This document shows positions 9,908 to 18,008 of a stretch of DNA of 64,000 nucleotides, in pieces. How positions within the stretch are numbered: the stretch's first letter is position 1; each line of letters starts with the position of its first letter. The stretch is from Bacteroidales bacterium (GTDB taxonomy: Bacteria; Bacteroidota; Bacteroidia; Bacteroidales; UBA10428): positions 143,457 through 207,456 of the forward strand of contig JAFGEO010000118.1 of the NCBI GenBank assembly GCA_016931575.1, in the 5' to 3' direction. Position numbers and translations under genes: made by a program. A model generated the notes under the pieces. The model searched no databases and was not told where the DNA came from. It was given only the letters and a program-made list of their open reading frames with translations.

Positions 9908-10327
9908 ATGCTAACTTGTGAAGTTGAGATCAGAGTCAGATACGGTGAGGTGGACCGCATGGGATATCTGCATCACGGAAATTATCCATTATACCTCGAA
10001 GTCGGCAGGACAGAGCTGATCCGTCAGTTGGGACTCTCCTATAAAACAATGGAAGACCGCGGGGTATTATTACCTGTCAGGGATATATGTATCAATTACA
10101 AACAGGCAGCCCTGTATGATGACCTGGTTATTGTAAAAACCGTCATGAAGGAAAAACCCATGGTGAAGCTGGCCTTTGACTATACGATTCATAATACGGG
10201 AGGTGATCTGCTCTGCGACGCTCATACCACCCTGGTTTTTGTTGATGCAATTTCACGGAAGCCGATAAAGGCTCCGGAATTCTTCAATCAGCTTATTGCA
10301 CCTTATTTTCCCGGTTCCGCTCAGTAA
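9908..10327 (+). CDS. acyl-CoA thioesterase, 4HBT/YbgC hotdog family
   Basis: 139 aa. N-terminal VRVRYGEVDRMGYLHHGNY is typical of YbgC-type thioesterases. Confidence 0.75.
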   Translation: MLTCEVEIRVRYGEVDRMGYLHHGNYPLYLEVGRTELIRQLGLSYKTMEDRGVLLPVRDICINYKQAALYDDLVIVKTVMKEKPMVKLAFDYTIHNTGGDLLCDAHTTLVFVDAISRKPIKAPEFFNQLIAPYFPGSAQ

Positions 10328-10344
10328 GGTTTCCTGATTTGTCG

Positions 10345-10352
10345 TACTTTTG
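10345..10352 (+). promoter_or_regulatory. Bacteroidota-type -7 promoter box (TAnnTTTG)
   Basis: tacttttg lies 21 nt upstream of the ATG at 10373. Confidence 0.45.
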
Positions 10353-10372
10353 CATGAAATACAGACCTGGTT

Positions 10373-12577
10373 ATGATAGGAGATCTTGATGCTGTTGATA
10401 AGGTATATCTCAAAGCCTACTCTGAGCTAAAACACGAACTGAGAAACGGTCCCGGACAAGGTCCTGATGATATCATTGACAAGGCCTTTTTAAAGCTCGT
10501 GCAACTTAAAGCAGGAACTTACACCTCATTCGGAAAGGATTTTGTTCTGTCAACCCTGGGTGCAGCCCGAATAGCCGTAGGGGAAATCGGACTCGGCAGA
10601 ACATCCATCATCAGCCTCTTCATCTACCGAGCACTTTACAAGGATGTTTTCAATGCTAAAGAGGTTCTCGAGAGCTATAATCAGGAGATTGAGAAGATAA
10701 CGGAGGGATTAGCGAAGATCGATGATATTAATGAAGAAACCTCTTCTTCGCAAGCGGAAAATTTTCGACGGCTTTTATTGAACCTGGCCGGAGATGTCAG
10801 GGTTATCCTTATCAGGCTCGCGGAACAGATGGAGATCATGCGTGAGATGAAAAACTTTACGGAAGAGGAACAATATAAGATCGCCTCCGAGGCAAGTTTT
10901 CTCTATGCTCCCCTCGCACACCGTCTGGGGCTTTACCTGATAAAGTCCGAAATGGAAGATTTATCCCTCAAGTATACTGACAGGGATAACTACTCCCTGA
11001 TTGCCAGGAAACTTGCTGAGACAATGAGGGCAAGAAAAAGTTTTATCCAGGAATTTACCTCTCCAATTCGGGAAGAGCTTGTCGCGCAGGGATTTGATTT
11101 TGAAATTAAGGGAAGACCAAAATCAATATACTCCATCTGGAACAAAATGAAGAAAAAGGAGGTGGAGTTCGAAGATATCTATGATTTATTTGCTATTCGC
11201 ATTATTATCCGCACTGAGCTTAAAAATGAGAAGGCGGACTGCTGGCAGGTCTATTCCGCGGTTACAGATATCTATCAACCTAATCCGTTGCGGTTGCGCG
11301 ACTGGATCTCAGTTCCGAAGACAAACGGGTATGAATCTTTACACACTACGGTTATCGGGCCGGGCGGACGCTGGGTAGAGGTGCAGATCCGGACTGAACG
11401 CATGAATGAAATTGCTGAAAAAGGGGTTGCGGCCCACTGGAAATATAAGGGCGTAGAAGGTGAACAAGGTATCGATCATTGGCTGACTACCATCCGGGAA
11501 ATCCTGGAAACGCCTGAACAGGATGCAGGCAATTTCATTGATGATTTTAAACTTAGTCTCTATTCGAAAGAGATCTTCGTATTTACTCCAAAGGGTGACT
11601 TACGAAAATTTCCTGAGGGGGCATCTGTTCTTGATTTTGCCTATGAAATTCATACCGAAGTGGGCGCTACCTGCACAGGAGCCCGGGTGAATGGCCGAAA
11701 TGTTCCTATCCGGCATAAAATGCAAAATGGGGATAAGGTGGAAATCATGACTTCAAAAAACCAGGGTCCTAAGCTTGACTGGCTGAATTTCGTTGTGACT
11801 TCAAAGGCCCAGAAAAAGATCAGGCAGCAGCTTGACGAACAACTGGTCAAAGAAGCTGAGAATGGAAAGGAAATCATTAAAAGACGGTTTAAAAACTGGA
11901 AGGTAGATTATAATGACGATGTTATTCGCCGGATCCTCAAATATTTCAGGCTGGGGAATGCTCAGGAATTTTACCGTCAGATCTTCAACGAGAAAATTGA
12001 CCTTGCTGTAGTTAAAGACTACGTCACAAAGTCGGTTGACGAGGAAGAAAACCAGGAAAGCATACTGGAAAGCCTGCCACAAACCAAAAAGCAAACACAA
12101 AGCTCCTCCCGTTCCGAAGATTATCTCATTATTGATGAGAAAGTGGCCAATGTAGATTACAGGCTGGCAAAATGCTGCTCGCCCATTATGGGAGACAATA
12201 TTTTCGGGTTTGTTACCATTGGCGAAGGCATTAAGATCCATAGAACAAACTGCCCCAATGCTGTTGAACTTATCGGGAAGTATGGTTATCGGGTAGTGGG
12301 TGCCCGATGGACAAGAAGAGATTCAGGTTCAGTTTTTCCGGTGAATATCCGAATAACCGGAGAAGACTCTACCAGTTTGCTCAAAAACATTTCAGAGGCA
12401 ATTGCAAAAGATCTGAAGATGAGTGTGATGTCATTTAATATGAAAGCCGATGGAGGTATGGTTTCCGGTAAGATAGCCCTTAAGGTAAAAGACCTTAGCC
12501 ATCTCGACAATCTGATCAGCAGGCTTTCCCAGATCAAGGGCATCTACTCGGTAACACGCCTTGAACGGAACGAGTAA
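10373..12577 (+). CDS. relA: RelA/SpoT-homologue (p)ppGpp synthetase, hydrolase domain apparently degenerate
   Basis: Synthetase motifs RPKSIYSIWNKM, YDLFAIRII, GYESLHTTV and VEVQIRT. TGS region (FVFTPKGDLRKFPEGASVLDFAY). ACT-like C-terminus. The expected HD residues are absent (SLFIYRALYKD and AEQMEIM occupy the places of LLHDxxED and ADRLHNM). Confidence 0.9.
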   Translation: MIGDLDAVDKVYLKAYSELKHELRNGPGQGPDDIIDKAFLKLVQLKAGTYTSFGKDFVLSTLGAARIAVGEIGLGRTSIISLFIYRALYKDVFNAKEVLESYNQEIEKITEGLAKIDDINEETSSSQAENFRRLLLNLAGDVRVILIRLAEQMEIMREMKNFTEEEQYKIASEASFLYAPLAHRLGLYLIKSEMEDLSLKYTDRDNYSLIARKLAETMRARKSFIQEFTSPIREELVAQGFDFEIKGRPKSIYSIWNKMKKKEVEFEDIYDLFAIRIIIRTELKNEKADCWQVYSAVTDIYQPNPLRLRDWISVPKTNGYESLHTTVIGPGGRWVEVQIRTERMNEIAEKGVAAHWKYKGVEGEQGIDHWLTTIREILETPEQDAGNFIDDFKLSLYSKEIFVFTPKGDLRKFPEGASVLDFAYEIHTEVGATCTGARVNGRNVPIRHKMQNGDKVEIMTSKNQGPKLDWLNFVVTSKAQKKIRQQLDEQLVKEAENGKEIIKRRFKNWKVDYNDDVIRRILKYFRLGNAQEFYRQIFNEKIDLAVVKDYVTKSVDEEENQESILESLPQTKKQTQSSSRSEDYLIIDEKVANVDYRLAKCCSPIMGDNIFGFVTIGEGIKIHRTNCPNAVELIGKYGYRVVGARWTRRDSGSVFPVNIRITGEDSTSLLKNISEAIAKDLKMSVMSFNMKADGGMVSGKIALKVKDLSHLDNLISRLSQIKGIYSVTRLERNE

Positions 12578-12621
12578 TCCTGAATGTTTTTTTTTATCTT
12601 TAAACATCAAATCTTCCAGGC

Positions 12622-13239
12622 ATGAAAAAAGTTGTGTTTTATTTGGTTTTTATGGCAGGTTTTAGTCTGGTATGCGGACAGATGGTGACTGACAGCATGG
12701 ATCATGACCAGCTTGACTTTCCACAGCTTATTGAACAGGAAAAGGATGCTTCGGCTTCTCAAAAGAGACTTTCAGCCAGTTTTATGCTTGGCTCTTCCTT
12801 TGTGGTTTCCCCCGGTAATTTTTATGGTCCGACAGTATATGCGGCCCCTGCATTAAACTATCAGTTCAATCCCAGGTTTGCGGTCAGTGCCGGCGCAGGA
12901 ATCGAACAGGGGAGTTTCTACTCGCTGTCCAGGCTGAATGACAACAATGCAAACCTGATGCCTATGACCCGGGTCTTCATCTTTACCCGCGGCGTTTATC
13001 AGGTCACAGACCGTCTGAGTCTTGGTGGTACGGCTTACCAGGTCATAAACAGGATGCCCGCTCTAAATCCCTACTCTTCCCCATATCAGCAGCAGTTCCA
13101 ATCAATAGGGGTAGATCTGAACTATAAGCTTTCACCTGCCTTTTCTATAGGTTTCCGGATGAGGGTTCAACACGGAGGCTATTTACATGATAATGAATTA
13201 ATCCCTGCTGAAGGCTATGTTCCCTGGGGAGGGTTCTGA
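12622..13239 (+). CDS. hypothetical outer-membrane beta-barrel-like protein
   Basis: Signal peptide MKKVVFYLVFMAGFSLVCGQ. Alternating aromatic/small-residue strands and a C-terminal aromatic residue (WGGF). Confidence 0.5.
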   Translation: MKKVVFYLVFMAGFSLVCGQMVTDSMDHDQLDFPQLIEQEKDASASQKRLSASFMLGSSFVVSPGNFYGPTVYAAPALNYQFNPRFAVSAGAGIEQGSFYSLSRLNDNNANLMPMTRVFIFTRGVYQVTDRLSLGGTAYQVINRMPALNPYSSPYQQQFQSIGVDLNYKLSPAFSIGFRMRVQHGGYLHDNELIPAEGYVPWGGF

Positions 13240-14378
13240 ACGCCTGACCTTATTTCGCCGATGAACCTATCATAGAAAGGAAAGTCCTTCCGTATCTGAT
13301 CTGCAGTTAATCCGAACTTTTCAAGGCTGTATTCATGGAGGCTCGTGTAGCGTGTCTGCGTTCCGGCTTGTTTGTCGATAGCATCTTTCAGGGAACTGTC
13401 CGGTGTAATCTGGACATGATCCAGGATCTTTGTTATCGTTGGTTTGAAATTGACTCTTAATTCCTCGTATGCAACAAAGAGATAATCCGGCTGATCTTTA
13501 TAGGTAATGTAGGTTTTCTCCAGCCAGGTATAGTAGTGAATGGAAAGTGCATACAGATTTTTGAAGTAGTTTTCCCGTTTTTGAAAGACTTTCCTTATTC
13601 CATGCATATTTTGCTGCACACTCTCTTCCAGTGACATCATGGAAGGAATTGTTTCTGCAGGATCACGGATCAGGACAATGATTTTTGCATCCGGATGAAG
13701 TGCTTTAATATGCTCAATGTTGTACAGGGAAGAAAAAGATTTGGAGAGAATTCTTTTACCCGAATCAAACGAGAGTGCCTGGTATACTTTGCTCAAATAG
13801 GTAATAAACTTTTGCTGCCTGCATGTATTCAACAAGCTGCCGTGAAGCTCCTCCGGGGATTGAAAGTCCTGCCAGGCATGGAAATATATCCAGGATAGCA
13901 TCCCGTCAAGATACCTGAAATACAGGGCGATATCGTCAGTTTCTTCCTGTTGGAGTCCTGTTTTGTGGATTTTGGGATTATAAACCTTGTCCAGGGATAT
14001 CCTGGCGAGCAGGGGAAGGATAGGTTTCATCATCCTTTTCAGCGAACTTGGAGGTAGAATCATTTCCCAAAGAAAATAGGTGCGGAGGGAGGCGCAGTTC
14101 TTTGACAGGAAACGGTGCAGGAAGGTGGTTCCACTTCGCAGGTGCCCTATCATAAAAACAGGCCTGTCGAGTGAATGCCTGCGGATCGAAGGAAAAAAAA
14201 GTCTGTCCAGCAAAAAGAAAAATGAATTCATCCACCCAAGGAGGGTATTAAATGAAAACAGGATAAGGTATTTGGGCTTCAGCCGGAAAGTCGCTGCGAT
14301 AATTTTTAACAGCCTGAAATTTTTTCTCCATTTACTGTTTTTCATACAGAATTCCTCCCAGATAAAAACCGGAACCAA
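13215..14378 (-). CDS. PAPS-dependent-type sulfotransferase (Sulfotransfer_3-like)
   Basis: 5'-phosphosulfate-binding loop FMIGHLRSGTTFLHRFL. Last gene of the operon. The start could be ATG 14345 (MKNSKW...) rather than 14378. Either start overlaps the PKS stop. Confidence 0.75.
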   Translation of the reverse strand: MVPVFIWEEFCMKNSKWRKNFRLLKIIAATFRLKPKYLILFSFNTLLGWMNSFFFLLDRLFFPSIRRHSLDRPVFMIGHLRSGTTFLHRFLSKNCASLRTYFLWEMILPPSSLKRMMKPILPLLARISLDKVYNPKIHKTGLQQEETDDIALYFRYLDGMLSWIYFHAWQDFQSPEELHGSLLNTCRQQKFITYLSKVYQALSFDSGKRILSKSFSSLYNIEHIKALHPDAKIIVLIRDPAETIPSMMSLEESVQQNMHGIRKVFQKRENYFKNLYALSIHYYTWLEKTYITYKDQPDYLFVAYEELRVNFKPTITKILDHVQITPDSSLKDAIDKQAGTQTRYTSLHEYSLEKFGLTADQIRKDFPFYDRFIGEIRSGVQNPPQGT

Positions 14379-15402
14379 AACTTACTGCAATACCTTTGTT
14401 TTTTGAGGTGCCGGAATGATGAAAATGTTCAGAGAGCACAAAAAACACACTTGCGGAGCTCAGGTTGCCATACCGATAGTAGAGTTCCCTGGATGGAGCA
14501 ATTTTATGATCAGCAAGTCCAAGTAATTCTTTGTTTTGAAATTCATTCAGAATAGGTATCCCTCCCTGATGAAATGACCATTCATCGATGTCTGTCACCT
14601 TAAGATTGTTATCCCTGAGGAGCGGATCAATAATCCGGGAACAGGCTATCTGTGGAATGATTTTGTGGATCTTGTCATTGAGTTTGATTCCGGATTCATC
14701 AAAATGCATGGTATCGGTGGGCTCAAATGCCTGGCTAATACCTTGTATTTCAAGAAGGGTTGTGGAAAATTGTTTCCGCAAAACTTCAGGTATAAGGAGG
14801 ATCCCAACGCCTCCGTCTCCGAAAATCAGGCTGTTGATAAAGCTGTTTTTAAAATCAGGGTCCTGTTTGTCCTGGATGATGTTGGCTGCCCATGAACACT
14901 GATCAAAAACATATACGATCGCAGCTTTTTCTGATTTTTGACAATATTCCATGGCACGTTGCAATGCAAGGATACCTGAGGCACAACCATAGGATAATTT
15001 TTCTTCCGGGATAACATCAGGTCTCAGATTGGTACGCGAAAGGATTTGCGATGACAGGTTGGGAAGTGAGCTTCCAATTGAAGAAACATTATAAGCCAGT
15101 CCAAAAAAACCGATTTTTTCAACCGGTATTTTATGGGTTAGTCGATTTACCAGGTTGATTCCCCAGCTGAGGGAAGACTGGTCCTCATGAATCAATACCT
15201 TATCAGGAAGCTTGTCCGGGTTAATGATAAGGGGCCGGTACCTGATGTTGATCCGTTTGACTATTCTGTCTGTTATTATAGGAGACAGAGTATTATCGTC
15301 ACGGCAATAAACCCTTTTAACAATCTCATCGGATTTATAGAGAGGGGGGAGGATAGTCTGTATATCTGCAATATATACCTTATTCTGCTGTGCAATATCC
15401 AT
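14332..15402 (-). CDS. type III polyketide synthase (chalcone-synthase-like)
   Basis: 356 aa. Cys-His-Asn triad contexts SYGCASGILAL, WSFHQGGIPIL and YGNLSSASVFFVL, plus a C-terminal SFGSGF loop. Confidence 0.8.
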   Translation of the reverse strand: MDIAQQNKVYIADIQTILPPLYKSDEIVKRVYCRDDNTLSPIITDRIVKRINIRYRPLIINPDKLPDKVLIHEDQSSLSWGINLVNRLTHKIPVEKIGFFGLAYNVSSIGSSLPNLSSQILSRTNLRPDVIPEEKLSYGCASGILALQRAMEYCQKSEKAAIVYVFDQCSWAANIIQDKQDPDFKNSFINSLIFGDGGVGILLIPEVLRKQFSTTLLEIQGISQAFEPTDTMHFDESGIKLNDKIHKIIPQIACSRIIDPLLRDNNLKVTDIDEWSFHQGGIPILNEFQNKELLGLADHKIAPSRELYYRYGNLSSASVFFVLSEHFHHSGTSKNKGIAVSFGSGFYLGGILYEKQ

Positions 15403-16813
15403 AATTATTATTAAAATTTTCCATCAGAACTGCCCGATAGGGAAACCCCTCTGTTTCAATTTCCCAGATAATGTTCCCGGCATAATCAACCAGCGAGATA
15501 GCCTGGGCTGTTGTAGACAATACCAGTAAATTATGGTCTGAAGTTTGTTCTGCGCTGCCCATAATGTAACTGTAATACTGCCGGGGGAGTATAACCTCTT
15601 TTATCAACTCGGCATGAAAGCTTTGTTGATTAAGCCTGAAAAAAAGTATCCTTGATTGTGAAGCTTCATTGTTGTTGTCAAAAATGATCAGGTCCCCGAT
15701 ATCCGAGAGGTATACATGGTGCTGGCCACTCGGAAGGTATCTTTCCTCAATGTCAAAATCACCCTTCTCCCCGAACTTCCAGATTACCTCACCACTTTCC
15801 CTGTCAATTTTCCATATCTGGTTGTTATGCCGGAATGATACGATAAGATTTCCCCTATCATCTTCGCAGAGACTGTTTGCATGTAGCCAGTCGTTTCTTC
15901 TTACATAGGATACCGGATCCCCGAGGGGATCTGCCACATCAAATGCAGACCACTCCCAACAGACATTTCCTGCACTATCCAGCTCGGTGATCCCATCGCA
16001 GAATATGGTATCTGTCTCATGGTATCCCAGAGGTGAAAAGTCAACAATCCGGTAGTCATAATGGAGCGCATATATGGTGCCTTTTTTACTCCGTATCAAA
16101 TCGTGGTGAAGTCCTTTAGTGAATGAAGTCTCAGCTTTGCGAAAATAGCTCAGTGTGTCGCCATAGAGGTTTATCTCCAGGACTTCATCGCTCTCGGTAA
16201 GAAGGGAGCCATCTTTTGACAGCATGCACAGGATGGTTCCCCTGGAGGTCCACCTGAAAACATCCGGATTTTTATGGAATTTATGGTACCATACGATTTC
16301 TCCATCCCGGTTCAGGATGAGCAGCAGTTTTTTTTCATTTTCCCGCTGATGCACGATAATGAACTCATTGAAGCTGTTATCATGGATTTGGGGATAAGAG
16401 TTGAATGCGTATTTGTCATGCTCCACAGGAATACTGCCGGTTTGGAAAGTGTGGATTTCTGAGCGACTGATCTCACCGGAAAGGCTTTCGCTGACAAGAA
16501 TATAGGAGTATGAAGAGTTTTCCTCAAGGTTTAGTAGAATAAATGAATGATCTGTACTTTGTGCTGTTTGAGTTGTGATGAGCTGTTCTCCTTCATTTTT
16601 CCAGTAAATGATCGAACTTGAAACAGGATCGGATGTAGAGAATGTAATTTTCTTTCTAAGAACATTATTCCTGTAATCATCTGTTTTCAGGTTCTCAGGG
16701 AAGAAACCGGCAGGGACATCAGGGATACAATTGCATGCTTCCCGGTTAGCCAGTTTTTCACAGGAGAGAAGAAAAAGAGGTATTATTGAAAGGAGAAGAA
16801 AAAGGTTCTTCAC
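15380..16813 (-). CDS. arylsulfate sulfotransferase (ASST)-like beta-propeller lipoprotein
   Basis: Lipobox MKNLFLLLSIIPLFLLSC and an N-terminal FN3-like segment. ASST-like motifs DWLHANS, VSFRHNNQIWKID, GQHHVYL and IIFDNNN. The GTG start shares one base with the upstream TAG stop. Confidence 0.7.
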   Translation of the reverse strand: MKNLFLLLSIIPLFLLSCEKLANREACNCIPDVPAGFFPENLKTDDYRNNVLRKKITFSTSDPVSSSIIYWKNEGEQLITTQTAQSTDHSFILLNLEENSSYSYILVSESLSGEISRSEIHTFQTGSIPVEHDKYAFNSYPQIHDNSFNEFIIVHQRENEKKLLLILNRDGEIVWYHKFHKNPDVFRWTSRGTILCMLSKDGSLLTESDEVLEINLYGDTLSYFRKAETSFTKGLHHDLIRSKKGTIYALHYDYRIVDFSPLGYHETDTIFCDGITELDSAGNVCWEWSAFDVADPLGDPVSYVRRNDWLHANSLCEDDRGNLIVSFRHNNQIWKIDRESGEVIWKFGEKGDFDIEERYLPSGQHHVYLSDIGDLIIFDNNNEASQSRILFFRLNQQSFHAELIKEVILPRQYYSYIMGSAEQTSDHNLLVLSTTAQAISLVDYAGNIIWEIETEGFPYRAVLMENFNNNYGYCTAE

Positions 16814-17292
16814 TACTTGAACAGATTAAAATAATAAACAACTTCCAGAACGCCGAATATCCCGGGATCAATCACTCCGGAACGTGCAAAATTAACCTGT
16901 GTTTCAAGGCATATTGCCAGGTTATCGTTACCAGGTATCGGCCGGCATTCAATCCCAAAGGGCATCATGAAATAGAAGGTGAAATTATAGATGTCATCGG
17001 CAGATCCAACATTTATACGGGTAAATCCTTTGAGTCCCAGTCCTCCATAAAGGAAATAGTTATCGCGCTGAAGCAGTTTGATATTGCCGGTAATTTCAGG
17101 GGTGAAGCTGAAGTCGAAGCTTTCTATGCTGTAACCTGCACCAAATCCTGTGCGGAACGATGTAAAAAGGGTGTACTCATGAAACGGCTTCAGGCTGACC
17201 CCGCTTGTTCCCAAGCCGAGGCCAAGCTGGGCACTGGCAGTTGAGACGCTGAGAAGTCCAAAGAAAAGAAGAATAAGAAAAGGCTTCCTCAT
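16813..17292 (-). CDS. small signal-peptide protein, 8-strand-type outer-membrane barrel candidate
   Basis: MRKPFLILLFFGLLSVSTASAQ signal peptide, then Gly/aromatic-rich alternating segments, ending YYFNLFK. The track start at 17316 falls inside the -7 box, so ATG 17292 is preferred. Confidence 0.55.
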   Translation of the reverse strand: MRKPFLILLFFGLLSVSTASAQLGLGLGTSGVSLKPFHEYTLFTSFRTGFGAGYSIESFDFSFTPEITGNIKLLQRDNYFLYGGLGLKGFTRINVGSADDIYNFTFYFMMPFGIECRPIPGNDNLAICLETQVNFARSGVIDPGIFGVLEVVYYFNLFK

Positions 17293-17313
17293 GGGTGAAC
17301 ATATTTGTTTGAG

Positions 17314-17321
17314 CAAATATA
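17314..17321 (-). promoter_or_regulatory. Bacteroidota-type -7 promoter box for the sulfation operon
   Basis: The minus strand reads tatatttg, 21 nt upstream of ATG 17292. Confidence 0.45.
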
Positions 17322-17479
17322 GGAGAAAATGACTTTCCCTGAACCTGAATAGGAGAATAAGGGGAATTATCGCACTCAGATCTTCGGTGACTCCTACAGC
17401 TTGAGTTAAAATGGTTTTCTGGACTTGTAAAGCCTGGAACTTTTACCTAAACACTTCATGTTTTATGAGCCAGAAGGGA

Positions 17480-17923
17480 TTATTCAATAAACTGCCCGTT
17501 TTCATATCTGCCTTCCTGCTCTGAACCGTCAGCCCAGGTATATTTTCCCTTGCCGTGGAACAGGTTGTTCCTGAAATAGCCTGTGTATTTATCACCGTTT
17601 GTATAAAAGAATATGCCGTATCCGTCCTGGACTCCGTCCTTGAATTCTCCCACATACTTCGATCCGTCGGTCCAGGTATAGGTTCCCTGTCCGTAAAACA
17701 TGTCATTTTCCCACATGCCCTCATAGTTGTCCCCATTAGGTAACCAATACTTGCCCAATCCGGAGCGGATGCCGTTCTCCCAGTTGCCTTCATAAACATA
17801 CCCGTTTTCATATACATATTTCCCTTGTCCATCCGTACATGATCCGGAAACGCAACCTGAATTTTGGGCAAGCATACCGGCCGGAATAGCCAGTATGAGC
17901 AGGATTAGGAACAATCGATTCAT
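17480..17923 (-). CDS. MORN-repeat protein with signal peptide
   Basis: Signal peptide MNRLFLILLILAIPAGMLAQ, followed by about 5 tandem YxGxWxxGxxxGxG MORN units (YVYEGNWENGIRSGLG, YEGMWENDMFYGQG, YVGEFKDGVQDGYG, YTGYFRNNLFHGKG). Confidence 0.85.
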   Translation of the reverse strand: MNRLFLILLILAIPAGMLAQNSGCVSGSCTDGQGKYVYENGYVYEGNWENGIRSGLGKYWLPNGDNYEGMWENDMFYGQGTYTWTDGSKYVGEFKDGVQDGYGIFFYTNGDKYTGYFRNNLFHGKGKYTWADGSEQEGRYENGQFIE

Positions 17924-18008
17924 ACCATTTTGTGTTAGTGATACCTAAAGTTAAACTAAAATTCGATTTATGCAAATGCTGTGCCGAAGTGGTTAAAATG
18001 ATGGCTTA

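Noticed and set aside
13215-13239. 25-nt convergent overlap of the 3' ends of 12622-13239 (+) and the sulfotransferase (-), considered as a possible sign of a mis-called gene.
   Set aside because: Both ORFs have credible features (a signal peptide with a barrel-like pattern, and the PAPS loop). Short convergent overlaps are common. It is not treated as a finding.
17443-17871. 142-aa ORF overlapping the MORN gene in another frame.
   Set aside because: The 17480-17923 frame gives a signal peptide and regular MORN repeats. The alternative frame has no features.
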